A stretch of DNA of 64,000 bases from Bradyrhizobium sp. (lineage in GTDB: Bacteria > Pseudomonadota > Alphaproteobacteria > Rhizobiales > Xanthobacteraceae), in the NCBI RefSeq assembly GCF_047605465.1, contig NZ_JASGFS010000012.1, positions 22,214 through 86,213 of the forward strand. Reading direction: 5' to 3'. Shown one piece after another: positions 52,659 to 63,596 of the stretch. The notes under the pieces are model-generated. The model saw only the letters and a program-made list of their open reading frames with translations, made no database searches and was not told the DNA's origin. Numbering within the stretch: the stretch's first letter is position 1; each line of letters starts with the position of its first letter. The position numbers were made by a program, and so were the translations under genes.

Positions 52659-53882
52659 ATGTCGCAGATTGATCTGGCCTGGGGCAGTGGACCCTCGGCG
52701 CGCTACGAGGCGCTCGCCGCGCCGTTTCGGCCATTGTTCAAGTCGATCAGAGAGGGCGCGGTGGCACGCGATCAGGAACGCCGCCTGCCTTACGATGAGA
52801 TCAAGGCGCTGCGGGACGCAGGCTTCACGGCGGTTCGCGTGCCGAAGGATTTCGGCGGCGCCGGAGCCAACCTCCCGGAGCTGTTCAATCTCCTGATCGA
52901 ATTGTCCGAGGCCGATTCCAACGTGACCAACGCGGTCCGTTCGCATTTCGGCTTCACCGAGGACGTCGTCAATTCGCCCGATCCAAAGCGCCGCGAATTG
53001 TGGTTGCGCCGCATCGGCGACAAGGCGTTCTTCGGCAACGGCCATAGCGAGATCGGCGACACCAAACTGCAGGCGTTCTCGACGACGGTGTCGGCCAAGA
53101 ACGGTCAGCTGGTGCTGAACGGCAAGAAATATTACACCACCGGGACGCTGTTCGCCGATTGGATCAACATCGCCGCGCAGCACGAGAATGGCGATCCGGT
53201 CGGCGTGGTGGTGTCGCGCCATGCGCCCGGTGTCGAGGTCCTCGACGATTGGGACGGTTTCGGCCAGGCGCTGACCGCAAGCGGGACGACGTTGTTCTCG
53301 GACGTTCCGGTCGAGGGCAACCGGGTGATCCCTGTCAACGAGCGCTTCAAATACTCCAATCCGTTCTACCAGCTCGTCCATCTCGCGACGCTTGCCGGCA
53401 TCGCCCGCGCGGCGGCCAACGACGTCGCGGGGATCGTCAGGAAGCGAACCCGGGTCTTCAGTCATGGAAACGGCAACAGCGCCGCGACTGATCCGCAGAT
53501 TCTTCAGGTCATCGGAAGGGTTCGCGGCAACGCCTATGCGGCAGGCGCGATCGTCCTGAAGGTCGCCGAGTCGTTGCAGCGTGCGCACGAAGCCCAGCTC
53601 GCCGGCGACGCCGATCGCATTGTGGCGGCAATCGCGATCGCCGAGATCGAGCTCGATCAGGTCGTGACCGTGGTGTCGGATCTGGTGCTGGAGGCGACGA
53701 CGATCATCTTCGACGCGCTCGGTGCGTCTTCGACGGCGAAGAATCTCGCGCTCGATCGTTACTGGCGCAATGCCCGGACGATCGCGACGCATAATCCGCG
53801 CGTCTATCGCGATCGTATCGTGGGCGACTTTGCCGTCAACGGGACGCCGCCGCCCGGGCAATACCGGATCGGGACACCATGA
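52659..53882 (+). CDS. Acyl-CoA dehydrogenase-fold flavoprotein, SfnB/DszC-like sulfur-acquisition oxidoreductase
   Basis: The N-terminus ...ARDQERRLPYDEIKALRDAGFTAVRVPKDFGGAGA... and the middle/C-terminal ACAD-like domains (KYYTTGTLFADWI, ...LDRYWRNARTIATHNP) match the SfnB-type family as I recall it. The start is at 52659 or 52653, after GGAAGGA. Confidence 0.7.
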   Translation: MSQIDLAWGSGPSARYEALAAPFRPLFKSIREGAVARDQERRLPYDEIKALRDAGFTAVRVPKDFGGAGANLPELFNLLIELSEADSNVTNAVRSHFGFTEDVVNSPDPKRRELWLRRIGDKAFFGNGHSEIGDTKLQAFSTTVSAKNGQLVLNGKKYYTTGTLFADWINIAAQHENGDPVGVVVSRHAPGVEVLDDWDGFGQALTASGTTLFSDVPVEGNRVIPVNERFKYSNPFYQLVHLATLAGIARAAANDVAGIVRKRTRVFSHGNGNSAATDPQILQVIGRVRGNAYAAGAIVLKVAESLQRAHEAQLAGDADRIVAAIAIAEIELDQVVTVVSDLVLEATTIIFDALGASSTAKNLALDRYWRNARTIATHNPRVYRDRIVGDFAVNGTPPPGQYRIGTP

Positions 53883-53929
53883 ACCGGCTCCGGCGTGTGG
53901 CGCATCCCGACTGACGAGGAGCTGAAGCG

Positions 53930-54988
53930 ATGGCGTCCCCTTTGCGATTTGGCGTATGGGCCCTGACCCACGGCAGTTGGGCGTCGCGGCACCATCCTCT
54001 CGACCCGCCGGATGCATCCTGGAAGCGCGTCAGCCGCCAAATCCGCGAGGCCGAGGCGCTCGGCTACGAATCGACTCTGCTGGCGCAACACATCATTCAT
54101 CCCAGCGGCGATGATCAGGATCTGCTGGAGAACTGGACCGGCGCTGCCGCATTGGCCGCGGTGACCGGCAAGATCGAGTTGATTTCCGCGATCAAGCCGC
54201 TGCTGGTTCATCCGGTGGTGCTGGCGAAGATGGCGCTTCAGATCGAGGACATCAGCCAGGGCCGGTTCGGGATCAATCTGGTGAATGCCTGGTACAAGCC
54301 CGAACTGGAGCGTTCGGGCATCGGATTTCCCGATCACGATGACCGCTATGCCTATGGGCGCGAATGGATCGAGATCGTAAGGGAGCTGACGGCGGGCAAG
54401 CGCGTCGACTTCCAGGGTCGGCATTTCCACATCGAAGCCTACCAGCTCCGTCCGGGCGACAGGTTTCGTCCTCGACCGACGGTCTATCTCGGAGGCGAAT
54501 CCGAAGCGGCGCGGGCGCTGGCGGCGGAATCCGCCGACGTCTATTTCATGAACGGGCAGCCGTTCGACGACATTCGCGCGCTGATCCAGGATGTCGCGCG
54601 CAGGCCGCGCCGCGGCCCGCCGATCCGCTTCGGGATGTCCGCCTTCGTGGTCGCGCGCGGGAGTGACGCGGAGGCGCAGGACGAGCTCGCGGAGCTGTTC
54701 GCGATTTCCGAGCAGGACAAGCCGACCCGTGCTCGCCTGGTCGGCAATGCGGATCCGGAGGCGCAGATGTTCAGGACGGCGGCGAAGGAGGCGAGGGTCG
54801 GCACGAACGGTGGCACCTCGGCGCGGCTGGTCGGGAGCTACGACACGGTCGCCGAACGCATCCTGGCGTTCAACGCCATCGGCGTTGAGCTGTTCATGCT
54901 TCAGTTCCAGCCGGTCGACGCGAACATGCGGCGTTTTGCGGAGCACGTCATTCCGCGCGTCCGGTGGCTGCAGGCGAGGGCGGCCTGA
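53930..54988 (+). CDS. LLM-class (luciferase-like) flavin-dependent monooxygenase, SfnG/SsuD-related
   Basis: LRFGVWAL..., GYESTLLAQH, QGRFGINLVNAWYKPE, TVYLGGESEAA, VGSYDTVAERILAF form a bacterial luciferase-like TIM-barrel pattern. Confidence 0.8.
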   Translation: MASPLRFGVWALTHGSWASRHHPLDPPDASWKRVSRQIREAEALGYESTLLAQHIIHPSGDDQDLLENWTGAAALAAVTGKIELISAIKPLLVHPVVLAKMALQIEDISQGRFGINLVNAWYKPELERSGIGFPDHDDRYAYGREWIEIVRELTAGKRVDFQGRHFHIEAYQLRPGDRFRPRPTVYLGGESEAARALAAESADVYFMNGQPFDDIRALIQDVARRPRRGPPIRFGMSAFVVARGSDAEAQDELAELFAISEQDKPTRARLVGNADPEAQMFRTAAKEARVGTNGGTSARLVGSYDTVAERILAFNAIGVELFMLQFQPVDANMRRFAEHVIPRVRWLQARAA

Positions 54989-55026
54989 ACCATCGCACGA
55001 CGAGTGCTGAATTTCGGAGAGCGGCC

Positions 55027-55374
55027 ATGAGCGGAGATCGCCTTTTCCTGTTGAAGCCGGGATTTGAAGATCCGGCGCAACCCGGACGGTTTTTCGTCTG
55101 TCCCCACTGCAACGCGATCGAGGGACTGCTGGCGTCCTTCCCCGGCTTGGCGACGCAGATCGAGGTGCACCGCCTGCCGTTCCCGCGGCCGCGATCGGCG
55201 ATCGTCGACATCCTGGGCGAGCAGCATCAATCGCTGCCGGTCCTGGTCTTCGACCAGAGCCGGCCCGTGCCCGAGGATGCGGACGTCGCCAACGGCTGGC
55301 GTTTCATCGACACGACGGAGCGGATCCTTCGCTATCTCGGCGACCGCTACGCGTTTCCGTACATCCATCACTGA
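55027..55374 (+). CDS. DUF3088-like small protein with thioredoxin-fold-type CPHC motif
   Basis: MSGDRLFLLKPGFEDPAQPGRFFVCPHCNAIEGLLASFP...SLPVLVF. The CxxC follows a beta-strand-like stretch and a cis-Pro-like LPVLV lies downstream. There is no signal peptide. Confidence 0.6.
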   Translation: MSGDRLFLLKPGFEDPAQPGRFFVCPHCNAIEGLLASFPGLATQIEVHRLPFPRPRSAIVDILGEQHQSLPVLVFDQSRPVPEDADVANGWRFIDTTERILRYLGDRYAFPYIHH

Positions 55375-55453
55375 GCGTCACGAAATCCATCGGTCGAAAA
55401 ATTCTCGCGGCCGGCATTCGATCCGCGCAATCCGTCTCTTTTCTCGTTTCAAT

Positions 55454-55483
55454 TTGCCATGGACAGGATGTGACCCCGACCAT
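55454..55483 (+). promoter_or_regulatory. Weak sigma-32 (RpoH)-like promoter candidate upstream of groES
   Basis: TTGCCA-N14-CCCCGACCAT, compared with the E. coli-type consensus CTTGAAA-N13-15-CCCCATNT. It lies about 85 nt upstream of the groES ATG. This is only a partial match. Confidence 0.2.
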
Positions 55484-55568
55484 AACGTTTTGTGATCGTC
55501 CGCGATCAGGCAGCAGCGAATGTCGATGGCGCGCAACAGTAACGCAAGACTATTCAAGGTGAATCCCG

Positions 55569-55856
55569 ATGAGTTTTCGACCATTGCATGATCGCGTGGT
55601 GATCCGCCGTATCGAGGAGAGCAACAAGACGAAGGGAGGGATCATCATTCCCGACACGGCCAAGGAGAAGCCGCAGGAGGGCGAGGTCGTCGCGGTTGGA
55701 AGCGGGGCGCGGGACGAGACCGGCAAGCGTCATCCGCTCGACGTCAAGAAGGGTGACCGGGTCCTGTTCGGAAAATGGTCGGGCACCGAAGTGAAGATCG
55801 ATGGCGAGGATCTGCTGATCGCCAAGGAATCCGACATTCTGGGCGTGATCGCCTGA
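55569..55856 (+). CDS. groES: Co-chaperonin GroES
   Basis: [46 protein letters not shown]...[14 protein letters not shown] is an unmistakable Cpn10. Confidence 0.97.
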   Translation: MSFRPLHDRVVIRRIEESNKTKGGIIIPDTAKEKPQEGEVVAVGSGARDETGKRHPLDVKKGDRVLFGKWSGTEVKIDGEDLLIAKESDILGVIA

Positions 55857-55882
55857 CACCCGACCCGACCTAACAATCACAG

Positions 55883-57568
<1,686 letters not shown>

Positions 57569-57902
57569 GCCGGCAGGCCGGGGTGGGGGTGGTCTGTCGC
57601 TCGGAACGGCTGTCGCGTGAGCTCACGATCGGATGGCGGTCTGGATCGTGGGTCTCACGCGACAGTCTTTTTCCAGATCGTGAATGATGAGGGCGCGATG
57701 GGCGTGCCCGGGATTGATATTGAAGAGGGAAGGCAGTGTCTTACGACAGAGTGAAACCGGCGCACCGGCGGTTGGCCGGCTCGGCGCGGGCAGCAGCGCG
57801 CCTCGGGCGCTTCGCCTTGTACCGCGGCCCTGAAGCCGTCCACGACCATCCGCACGAGTGCCACGGATGGATTGTCGACCTCTTCGGATCCGGGAGCGCA
57901 TC

Positions 57903-59492
57903 ATGACACGGATCTCGCGGCGAGGCTTTGTTGCGGGGACGGCTGCGCTCGCGGCTTTGTCTCCGATCCGCGCGCAGGAGGGCGCTCCCCGTTCCGGAGG
58001 ACGCCTGTCCTTCGTCATTCATCCTGAGCCGACCACCCTTGTGTGCTTCAACACGACCGAGGGGCCTGCGATCCAGGCGAGCACCAAGGTCGTCGAAGGT
58101 CTCCTGACCTACGATTTCGACCTCAATCCCAAGCCTCAGCTTGCGACCGCCTGGACCGTCAGCGACGACGGCCTCGAGTATCGGTTCGAACTCCGCCGGA
58201 ACGTGAAGTGGCACGACGGACGGCCGTTTACTGCGGCTGACGTCGTCTATTCGGTGGGCCTGTTGAGGTCGGCGCATCCGCGCGGCCGGACCACCTTCGC
58301 GAACCTGCTCGAAGCGACGGCCGTCGACGACAACACCGTCGTCCTGAAGCTGTCCAAACCGGCGCCATATCTGCTCTACGCACTCGCAGCCGGCGAGTCC
58401 CCGATCGTGCCGCGGCATGTCTATGAGGGCAAGGGCGATCCGCTCCAGAACCCGAACAACCGCGCGCCCATCGGCACGGGTCCGTTCGTGTTCAAGGAAT
58501 GGGTTCTCGGCAACTACGTCAGCTATGTGCGCAATCCGAACTATTGGGACAGCCCCAAGCCCTATCTCGAGGCATTGCTGGTTCGCGTGATACCGGACGG
58601 AGCGGCGCGCGCCGTCGCGTTCGAGACCGCCGAACTCGATCTGGGTGGATCGACGCCGGTGTCTCCGCTGGATCTCGAGCGCTTCCAGAAGATTCCACAT
58701 CTCGGGCTCGAGACGCGCGGCTACGAATATTCGCCGACATTGTACGGCCTCGAGTTCAACCTGGATCATCCCATCCTCAGCAACGTCCGGGTCCGCAAGG
58801 CGATCGCGCACGCGGTCGATCCATCCGTCATCCTGAATGTGGCCTGGTACGGCCTCGGGGAGCGAACGGCCAGCATCGTGAGCCCGACCCTGAAGCGGTT
58901 CTACAATTCCAAGGTGCCGACCTATGCCTACGATCCGAAGGCCGCCGCTCGCCTCCTCGACGACGCCGGATACCCGCTGAAGGGACGGTGGCGATTTGCC
59001 CTGACGCACGACTTCCAGCCCTTCGGCGAGAACTTCAAGCGCAGCGGCGAGGCGCTCAAGAGCGCGCTTGCCGCCGTCGGCATCGACGTTACCGTGCGCG
59101 GGCAGGATTTCCCGAGCTATCTCAAGCGCGTGTATACCGATCGCGACTACGATTTCACGTTCCATCCGTTCACGAACATGTTCGATCCGACCGTCGGCCT
59201 GCAGCGGTTCTTCACCAGCGACAATTACCGGAAGGGGGTCGCCTTCACCAATGCAAGCCATTACGCCAATCCGGAGATCGACAGGCTCTTTGCGGAAATT
59301 GCCGTGGAGGCGGACGCCGTGAAGCGCAAGGCGTCGATCGACCGCTTCCAGGAGATCGTCGCCGACGAACTCCCGGTTCTTCCGCTGATGCTGAGCAAGC
59401 CCGTGACCGTCTACAACAAGCGGGTGGTCGGACACACCGTCGATAGCGCCGGGCCGCAGGGCAATTTCGCCGATATCTGGCTGCGGTCCTGA
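57903..59492 (+). CDS. ABC transporter substrate-binding protein, family 5 (peptide/nickel/opine, DppA/OppA-like)
   Basis: Tat-like signal MTRISRRGFVAGTAALAALSPIRAQ, followed by LATAWTVSDDGLEYRFELRRNVKWHDGRPFTAADVVYS and PIGTGPFVFKEW. Confidence 0.9.
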   Translation: MTRISRRGFVAGTAALAALSPIRAQEGAPRSGGRLSFVIHPEPTTLVCFNTTEGPAIQASTKVVEGLLTYDFDLNPKPQLATAWTVSDDGLEYRFELRRNVKWHDGRPFTAADVVYSVGLLRSAHPRGRTTFANLLEATAVDDNTVVLKLSKPAPYLLYALAAGESPIVPRHVYEGKGDPLQNPNNRAPIGTGPFVFKEWVLGNYVSYVRNPNYWDSPKPYLEALLVRVIPDGAARAVAFETAELDLGGSTPVSPLDLERFQKIPHLGLETRGYEYSPTLYGLEFNLDHPILSNVRVRKAIAHAVDPSVILNVAWYGLGERTASIVSPTLKRFYNSKVPTYAYDPKAAARLLDDAGYPLKGRWRFALTHDFQPFGENFKRSGEALKSALAAVGIDVTVRGQDFPSYLKRVYTDRDYDFTFHPFTNMFDPTVGLQRFFTSDNYRKGVAFTNASHYANPEIDRLFAEIAVEADAVKRKASIDRFQEIVADELPVLPLMLSKPVTVYNKRVVGHTVDSAGPQGNFADIWLRS

Positions 59493-59508
59493 CCGCAGCC
59501 TAGCTCCC

Positions 59509-60447
59509 TTAAGGGGTGGCGTGGTGGCAAGCCACGCTCTGGCCTGACGGGCCCTTGCGCAGTTCGGGATCCTGCTGCGCGCACAAATCGGTCGCCATCG
59601 GGCAGCGCGGTTGGAAACGGCAGCCTGTGCCCGCGCTGCGGGGGTCCGGCAGGTCTCCGGGCAGGGGAGCGGCATATCGGCGGCGCGACGGGTCCGGCAC
59701 GGCGTCGATCAGTGCGCGCGTATAGGGATGGAGCGGATTTTTCCAGATCTGCTCATGACTGCCGCTCTCGACGATGCGGCCGAGATACATCACCAGAACC
59801 CGGTCCGACAGATATCGCACCACCGAAAGATCGTGCGAGATGAACAGCAACGACAGCTTCAGGCTGCGCTTGATGTCGGCGAGCAGATTCAGGACCTGGG
59901 CCTGAACCGAAAGATCGAGCGCGGAGACCGGTTCGTCGCAGATGATCAGGTCCGGCCCCAGGATGAGGGCACGCGCGATGCCTATCCGCTGCCGCTGGCC
60001 ACCCGAGAATTCGTGAGGATAGCGCGAGGCCGAATCCTCGGGCAGGCCGACCTGCGAGAGGATCTCGCCGACCCGCTGCCGGCGTTCGCTGCGCGAGCCC
60101 ACGCGGTGAACGTCGAGCGGCGCGCCAAGGATGTCCCCGATCGTGTGCCGCGGGTTGAGCGATGCGAACGGATCCTGGAACACCATCTGCAGCCTGCGGC
60201 GATAGGAGCGCAGGCGCTGGTCCGGCAATGCGGTGAGATCGGTTCCGTCGAACGTGATGCTGCCTCCGGACGGCTCGACCAGCCTGAGGATGGTCTTGCC
60301 CAGGGTAGACTTGCCGCAGCCGGACTCTCCGACGAGGCCAACGGTCTCGCCCGGAGCGATATCGAACGAAACGCCGTCGACAGCGTGGACCGGCGTCGAG
60401 CCCGAGCGATAGGTTGTCCTGAGTTCAGAGACTGACAGCAGCGTCAT
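59509..60447 (-). CDS. Oligopeptide/dipeptide ABC transporter ATP-binding protein (DppF/OppF-like)
   Basis: Walker [10 protein letters not shown], signature [15 protein letters not shown], Walker [11 protein letters not shown], and C-terminal oligo_HPY region ([12 protein letters not shown]...[11 protein letters not shown]). I chose ATG 60447. Confidence 0.9.
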   Translation of the reverse strand: MTLLSVSELRTTYRSGSTPVHAVDGVSFDIAPGETVGLVGESGCGKSTLGKTILRLVEPSGGSITFDGTDLTALPDQRLRSYRRRLQMVFQDPFASLNPRHTIGDILGAPLDVHRVGSRSERRQRVGEILSQVGLPEDSASRYPHEFSGGQRQRIGIARALILGPDLIICDEPVSALDLSVQAQVLNLLADIKRSLKLSLLFISHDLSVVRYLSDRVLVMYLGRIVESGSHEQIWKNPLHPYTRALIDAVPDPSRRRYAAPLPGDLPDPRSAGTGCRFQPRCPMATDLCAQQDPELRKGPSGQSVACHHATP

Positions 60448-61429
60448 GGGGCGTTCCGTGAGAGTCGTGGACGAGGTCGGCATGGCAGGCTACGCGGCGC
60501 GCCGGCCCTGTTTGCCGTTCGGACGGGAATTGGGTTCGGCAGGGTGCAAGCCGCTCCGAGCATCGCGGCGAGAACGGGCAGCCTTGCTGGTTTGCGGCAG
60601 AGGCGATGCTGCCGGGAATTTCGGCCAATCTGGCGTTCCGGTAGTGCAGCCGGTCATGCAGGCGCGGCGAGGCAGCCAAAAGGCCGCGCGTATACGGATG
60701 AAGAGGGCGCGCGAACAGCTCGCCGGGCGAGGCTTCCTCGACCTTGCGCCCCGCATACATGACGACGACACGGTCGGCCCATTGGCCGACCAGGCCGAGA
60801 TCGTGGGTGATGAGCAGGAGCGAGAGCGACAATTCACGGCGCAGCCGGTCGAGCAATTCGAGCACCTGCGCCTGGATGGTCACGTCGAGCGCCGTCGTCG
60901 GTTCATCGGCAATCAGGATCTTCGGCTGGCACGCCACTGCGATCGCGATCATGACGCGCTGGCGCATTCCCCCGGACAGGCGGTGCGGATAGTCGTCGAG
61001 ACAGCGCTCCGGATTGGGTATTCGAACGAGGTCGAGCAGCGCCGCCGCTTCGCGGCGTGCCTGTGCCCTGGTCAGTCCGCGATGCAGGCTGAGCACCTCC
61101 GTGATTTGCCGCCCGATCGTCAGCACCGGATTGAGCGACGTCATGGGTTCCTGGAAGATCATCGCGATGTCGCGGCCCCGCCGGCGCCGCATCTCGATAT
61201 CGGACAATGCGAGGAGATCTTCCTCACCGAGCCGGACACGTCCGGACGCGATGCGCGCCGTCTTCGGCAACAGCTGCATCAGGGCCAGCGCGGTCAGGGA
61301 CTTGCCGGAGCCGGACTCGCCGACGACGGCGAGCGTCTCTCCCGGTGCAACGGCAAAGCTCAGATTCCGGACCGGCGTGGCGCCCGGAAAGCTGATGGTG
61401 AGATCCTGGATGTCGAGCAGGGCGGTCAC
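60425..61429 (-). CDS. Oligopeptide/dipeptide ABC transporter ATP-binding protein (DppD/OppD-like)
   Basis: Walker A GESGSGKS, signature [15 protein letters not shown], Walker [11 protein letters not shown], and C-terminal [12 protein letters not shown]...[11 protein letters not shown] start. Confidence 0.9.
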   Translation of the reverse strand: MTALLDIQDLTISFPGATPVRNLSFAVAPGETLAVVGESGSGKSLTALALMQLLPKTARIASGRVRLGEEDLLALSDIEMRRRRGRDIAMIFQEPMTSLNPVLTIGRQITEVLSLHRGLTRAQARREAAALLDLVRIPNPERCLDDYPHRLSGGMRQRVMIAIAVACQPKILIADEPTTALDVTIQAQVLELLDRLRRELSLSLLLITHDLGLVGQWADRVVVMYAGRKVEEASPGELFARPLHPYTRGLLAASPRLHDRLHYRNARLAEIPGSIASAANQQGCPFSPRCSERLAPCRTQFPSERQTGPARRVACHADLVHDSHGTPHDAAVSL

Positions 61430-61430
61430 G

Positions 61431-62414
61431 TCAGCGCTCCCGGCTGAGGCGAGGATTGAGAACGTCCGTCAAACCGTCGCCGATCAGGTTCAACGACAGC
61501 ACGGTGAAGACGATGACGACACCTGGCAGGGCCGTGAGGTACCAGGCCGTCCTGATCAGCTCGCGACCGGAGCCGATCATGCTACCCCAGCTCACGACAT
61601 TGGGATCGCCGAGACCGAGGAACGACAACGCGGCTTCCATCAGGATCGCCGAAGCGACCATGACCGATGCCGTGACGATGATCGCCGGCAGCGCATTGGG
61701 CAATATCTCGCGGACAACGATCCGGGCGTGACCGAAACCAAGGCTTCTTGCCGCCATCACGAATTCCTTCTCGCGAAGCACCCTGAATTCCGCTCGCACG
61801 AGGCGGGCAATCGTCGGCCACGTGACCAGTCCGATGGCCCAGGTCACGGTGACGATGGATGGCTGGGCGATCGCGACGAGGACGACGAGCAGGATGAAGC
61901 TCGGCACCGTCTGGAACAGCTCGATCACGCGGACGAGAATGTCGTCGACACGGCCACCGCGATATCCGGCGGTTGCGCCGACGAGGATGCCGACCGTGAG
62001 CCCGATCGTGGTTGCGACGAACCCGATCAGAAGCGAGACGCGCGCGCCGTGCATCAGGCCTGCGGCCACATCGCGGCCGAGCGAGTCCGTTCCAAGCGGA
62101 TAGGCGAGATCCTGCCCCGGCCACAGCAATGGCCGCGCCACCATGCCGAGCGGATCGGACGGATAGAGCACGGGCGCCAGCGCCGCGGCGGCGACGATGG
62201 ACAGCAACAGCAGGGCGCCGGCGACGAACGACGGATTTCGCCGGAGACGGCGCAACAAGTGAGGCCGCACACGCTCCACCTCGGTGGCGACGACATGCGT
62301 GTCCGGCGCGTGGATATTGGGCCAGTCGGCATCATCCGGCACGGGAGTCGGAACGTTGGGAGTGCTTCGCTTGGTCGATGCGGTCGATTGGAGAGCGGTG
62401 CCGGCCATGATCAT
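61431..62414 (-). CDS. Oligopeptide/dipeptide ABC transporter permease (DppC/OppC-like)
   Basis: LLRRLRRNPSFVAGALLLL..., LGTDSLGRDV, and EAA region (EFVMAARSLGFGHARIVVREILPNALP). ATG 62414 overlaps the upstream stop. The N-terminal cytoplasmic extension is about 50 aa. Confidence 0.9.
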   Translation of the reverse strand: MIMAGTALQSTASTKRSTPNVPTPVPDDADWPNIHAPDTHVVATEVERVRPHLLRRLRRNPSFVAGALLLLSIVAAAALAPVLYPSDPLGMVARPLLWPGQDLAYPLGTDSLGRDVAAGLMHGARVSLLIGFVATTIGLTVGILVGATAGYRGGRVDDILVRVIELFQTVPSFILLVVLVAIAQPSIVTVTWAIGLVTWPTIARLVRAEFRVLREKEFVMAARSLGFGHARIVVREILPNALPAIIVTASVMVASAILMEAALSFLGLGDPNVVSWGSMIGSGRELIRTAWYLTALPGVVIVFTVLSLNLIGDGLTDVLNPRLSRER

Positions 62415-63397
62415 CGGGTCTCGATGCGAGGGTCGAGCCAGGCCTGAACGAGATCGACCGTCATGTTGGCGATGATCACGAGCAGGGAGGACAGGAGGAG
62501 GATGCCGAGAAGCACGCTGAAGTCGCGGCTCATCACCGCCTCGAAGGCGAGACGGCCGAGCCCCGGCCAGCTGTAGACGGTTTCGACCACCACGGCGCCG
62601 CCGAGCAGGCCGCCGAAATGCATGCCGGCAACGGTGGTGACCGGCAGCAACGCGTTGCGCAGGACGTGGCGCACCGTGATGGTGAGTGGCGACAGACCCT
62701 TGGCCGCGGCCGTGCGGACGTAGTCCTGGGCCTGGGCCTCGAGCATCGCGGTGCGCGCAAGCCTGGAATAGATCGCGATGTAGAAAAGCGCGAGCGACAG
62801 CGCGGGAAGAACCATGTAGCGCGCCCGATCGAGCAGGGCGGCGACCCCGCCATTGGTCGAACCGATCGTCGTCGAGCCGCCGCTGGGCAGCCATCCCAGC
62901 TTGACGGAGAATAGCAGGATCAGCATGAGGCCGATCCAGAAGCCGGGGACCGAGTAGAGCAGCGTCACGACGATCGAGATCACTCGGTCCGGCCATCGTC
63001 CCGCGTACGTGGCCATGACAATGCCGAGCGCGATACCGCCGGCGAGCGCGATGATCAGGGCGGTCGCCATGAGGGCGACCGTGCCAGGCAGGCGCTGTCC
63101 GATGATGTCGGCAACAGGCAGATTATATCGTGGCGAGTAGCCAAGGCTGAAGTGAACGAGATTATCCAGATAGGCGATGAGCTGCACGAGCACGGGCTGA
63201 TCCAGGCCGAAGCGTGCGCGCAAAGCCGCGACCGTTTCCATCGTCGCCGATCCCGACTCTCCGGCCAGGACATCGGCGGCATCGCCGGGAGCGAGCTGCA
63301 GAAGAAAAAAATTGATGATGACGATTCCGATCACGGTCGGAACGGCCTGCCATATCGTTCGACGCAAACTGTTTGCGATGCGCTGGATGCTCGACAT
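62411..63397 (-). CDS. Oligopeptide/dipeptide ABC transporter permease (DppB/OppB-like)
   Basis: IWQAVPTVIGIVIINFFLLQLAPGD and EAA region (DYVRTAAAKGLSPLTITVRHVLRNALLP). I chose ATG 63397 (MSSIQRI). The upstream part of the listed ORF is an artefact. Confidence 0.9.
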   Translation of the reverse strand: MSSIQRIANSLRRTIWQAVPTVIGIVIINFFLLQLAPGDAADVLAGESGSATMETVAALRARFGLDQPVLVQLIAYLDNLVHFSLGYSPRYNLPVADIIGQRLPGTVALMATALIIALAGGIALGIVMATYAGRWPDRVISIVVTLLYSVPGFWIGLMLILLFSVKLGWLPSGGSTTIGSTNGGVAALLDRARYMVLPALSLALFYIAIYSRLARTAMLEAQAQDYVRTAAAKGLSPLTITVRHVLRNALLPVTTVAGMHFGGLLGGAVVVETVYSWPGLGRLAFEAVMSRDFSVLLGILLLSSLLVIIANMTVDLVQAWLDPRIETR

Positions 63398-63596
63398 GTT
63401 TCTTCTAACTTTCGAGATGGGCCAACAAAATGCTTTTGATCGCGGTCCGGCGCGCGAGCGGCGACATCGCCACGCTGTCGTTGTGGTGCGGTTGACAAGG
63501 CCGAAGGCCGATATCAACGTCGATGCACGCGCGTGCGATCGTGTCGACACTGCGAACCGGCAGCGAACGGCGCGCATCATCAAGGCGGATGTGATC

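Noticed and set aside
55375-55568. Search for a CIRCE/HrcA operator or a -24/-12 sigma-54 promoter upstream of groES.
   Set aside because: I found no inverted repeat resembling TTAGCACTC-N9-GAGTGCTAA and no TGGCAC-N5-TTGC. Only a weak sigma-32-like match remains, reported at low confidence.
57569-57902. 334-bp spacer after groEL, with short minus-strand ORFs (for example ...LFNINPGHAHRALIIHDLEKD..., ...ALVRMVVDGFRAAVQGE...) that could be gene remnants, and a 12-bp palindrome cgtgagctcacg at 57616..57627.
   Set aside because: I could not assign the peptide fragments to any family by eye, and no consistent multi-motif order appears, unlike the ABC relic at 50340..50620. The palindrome has no loop or T-tract. 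This is worth a blastx search but is not claimable.
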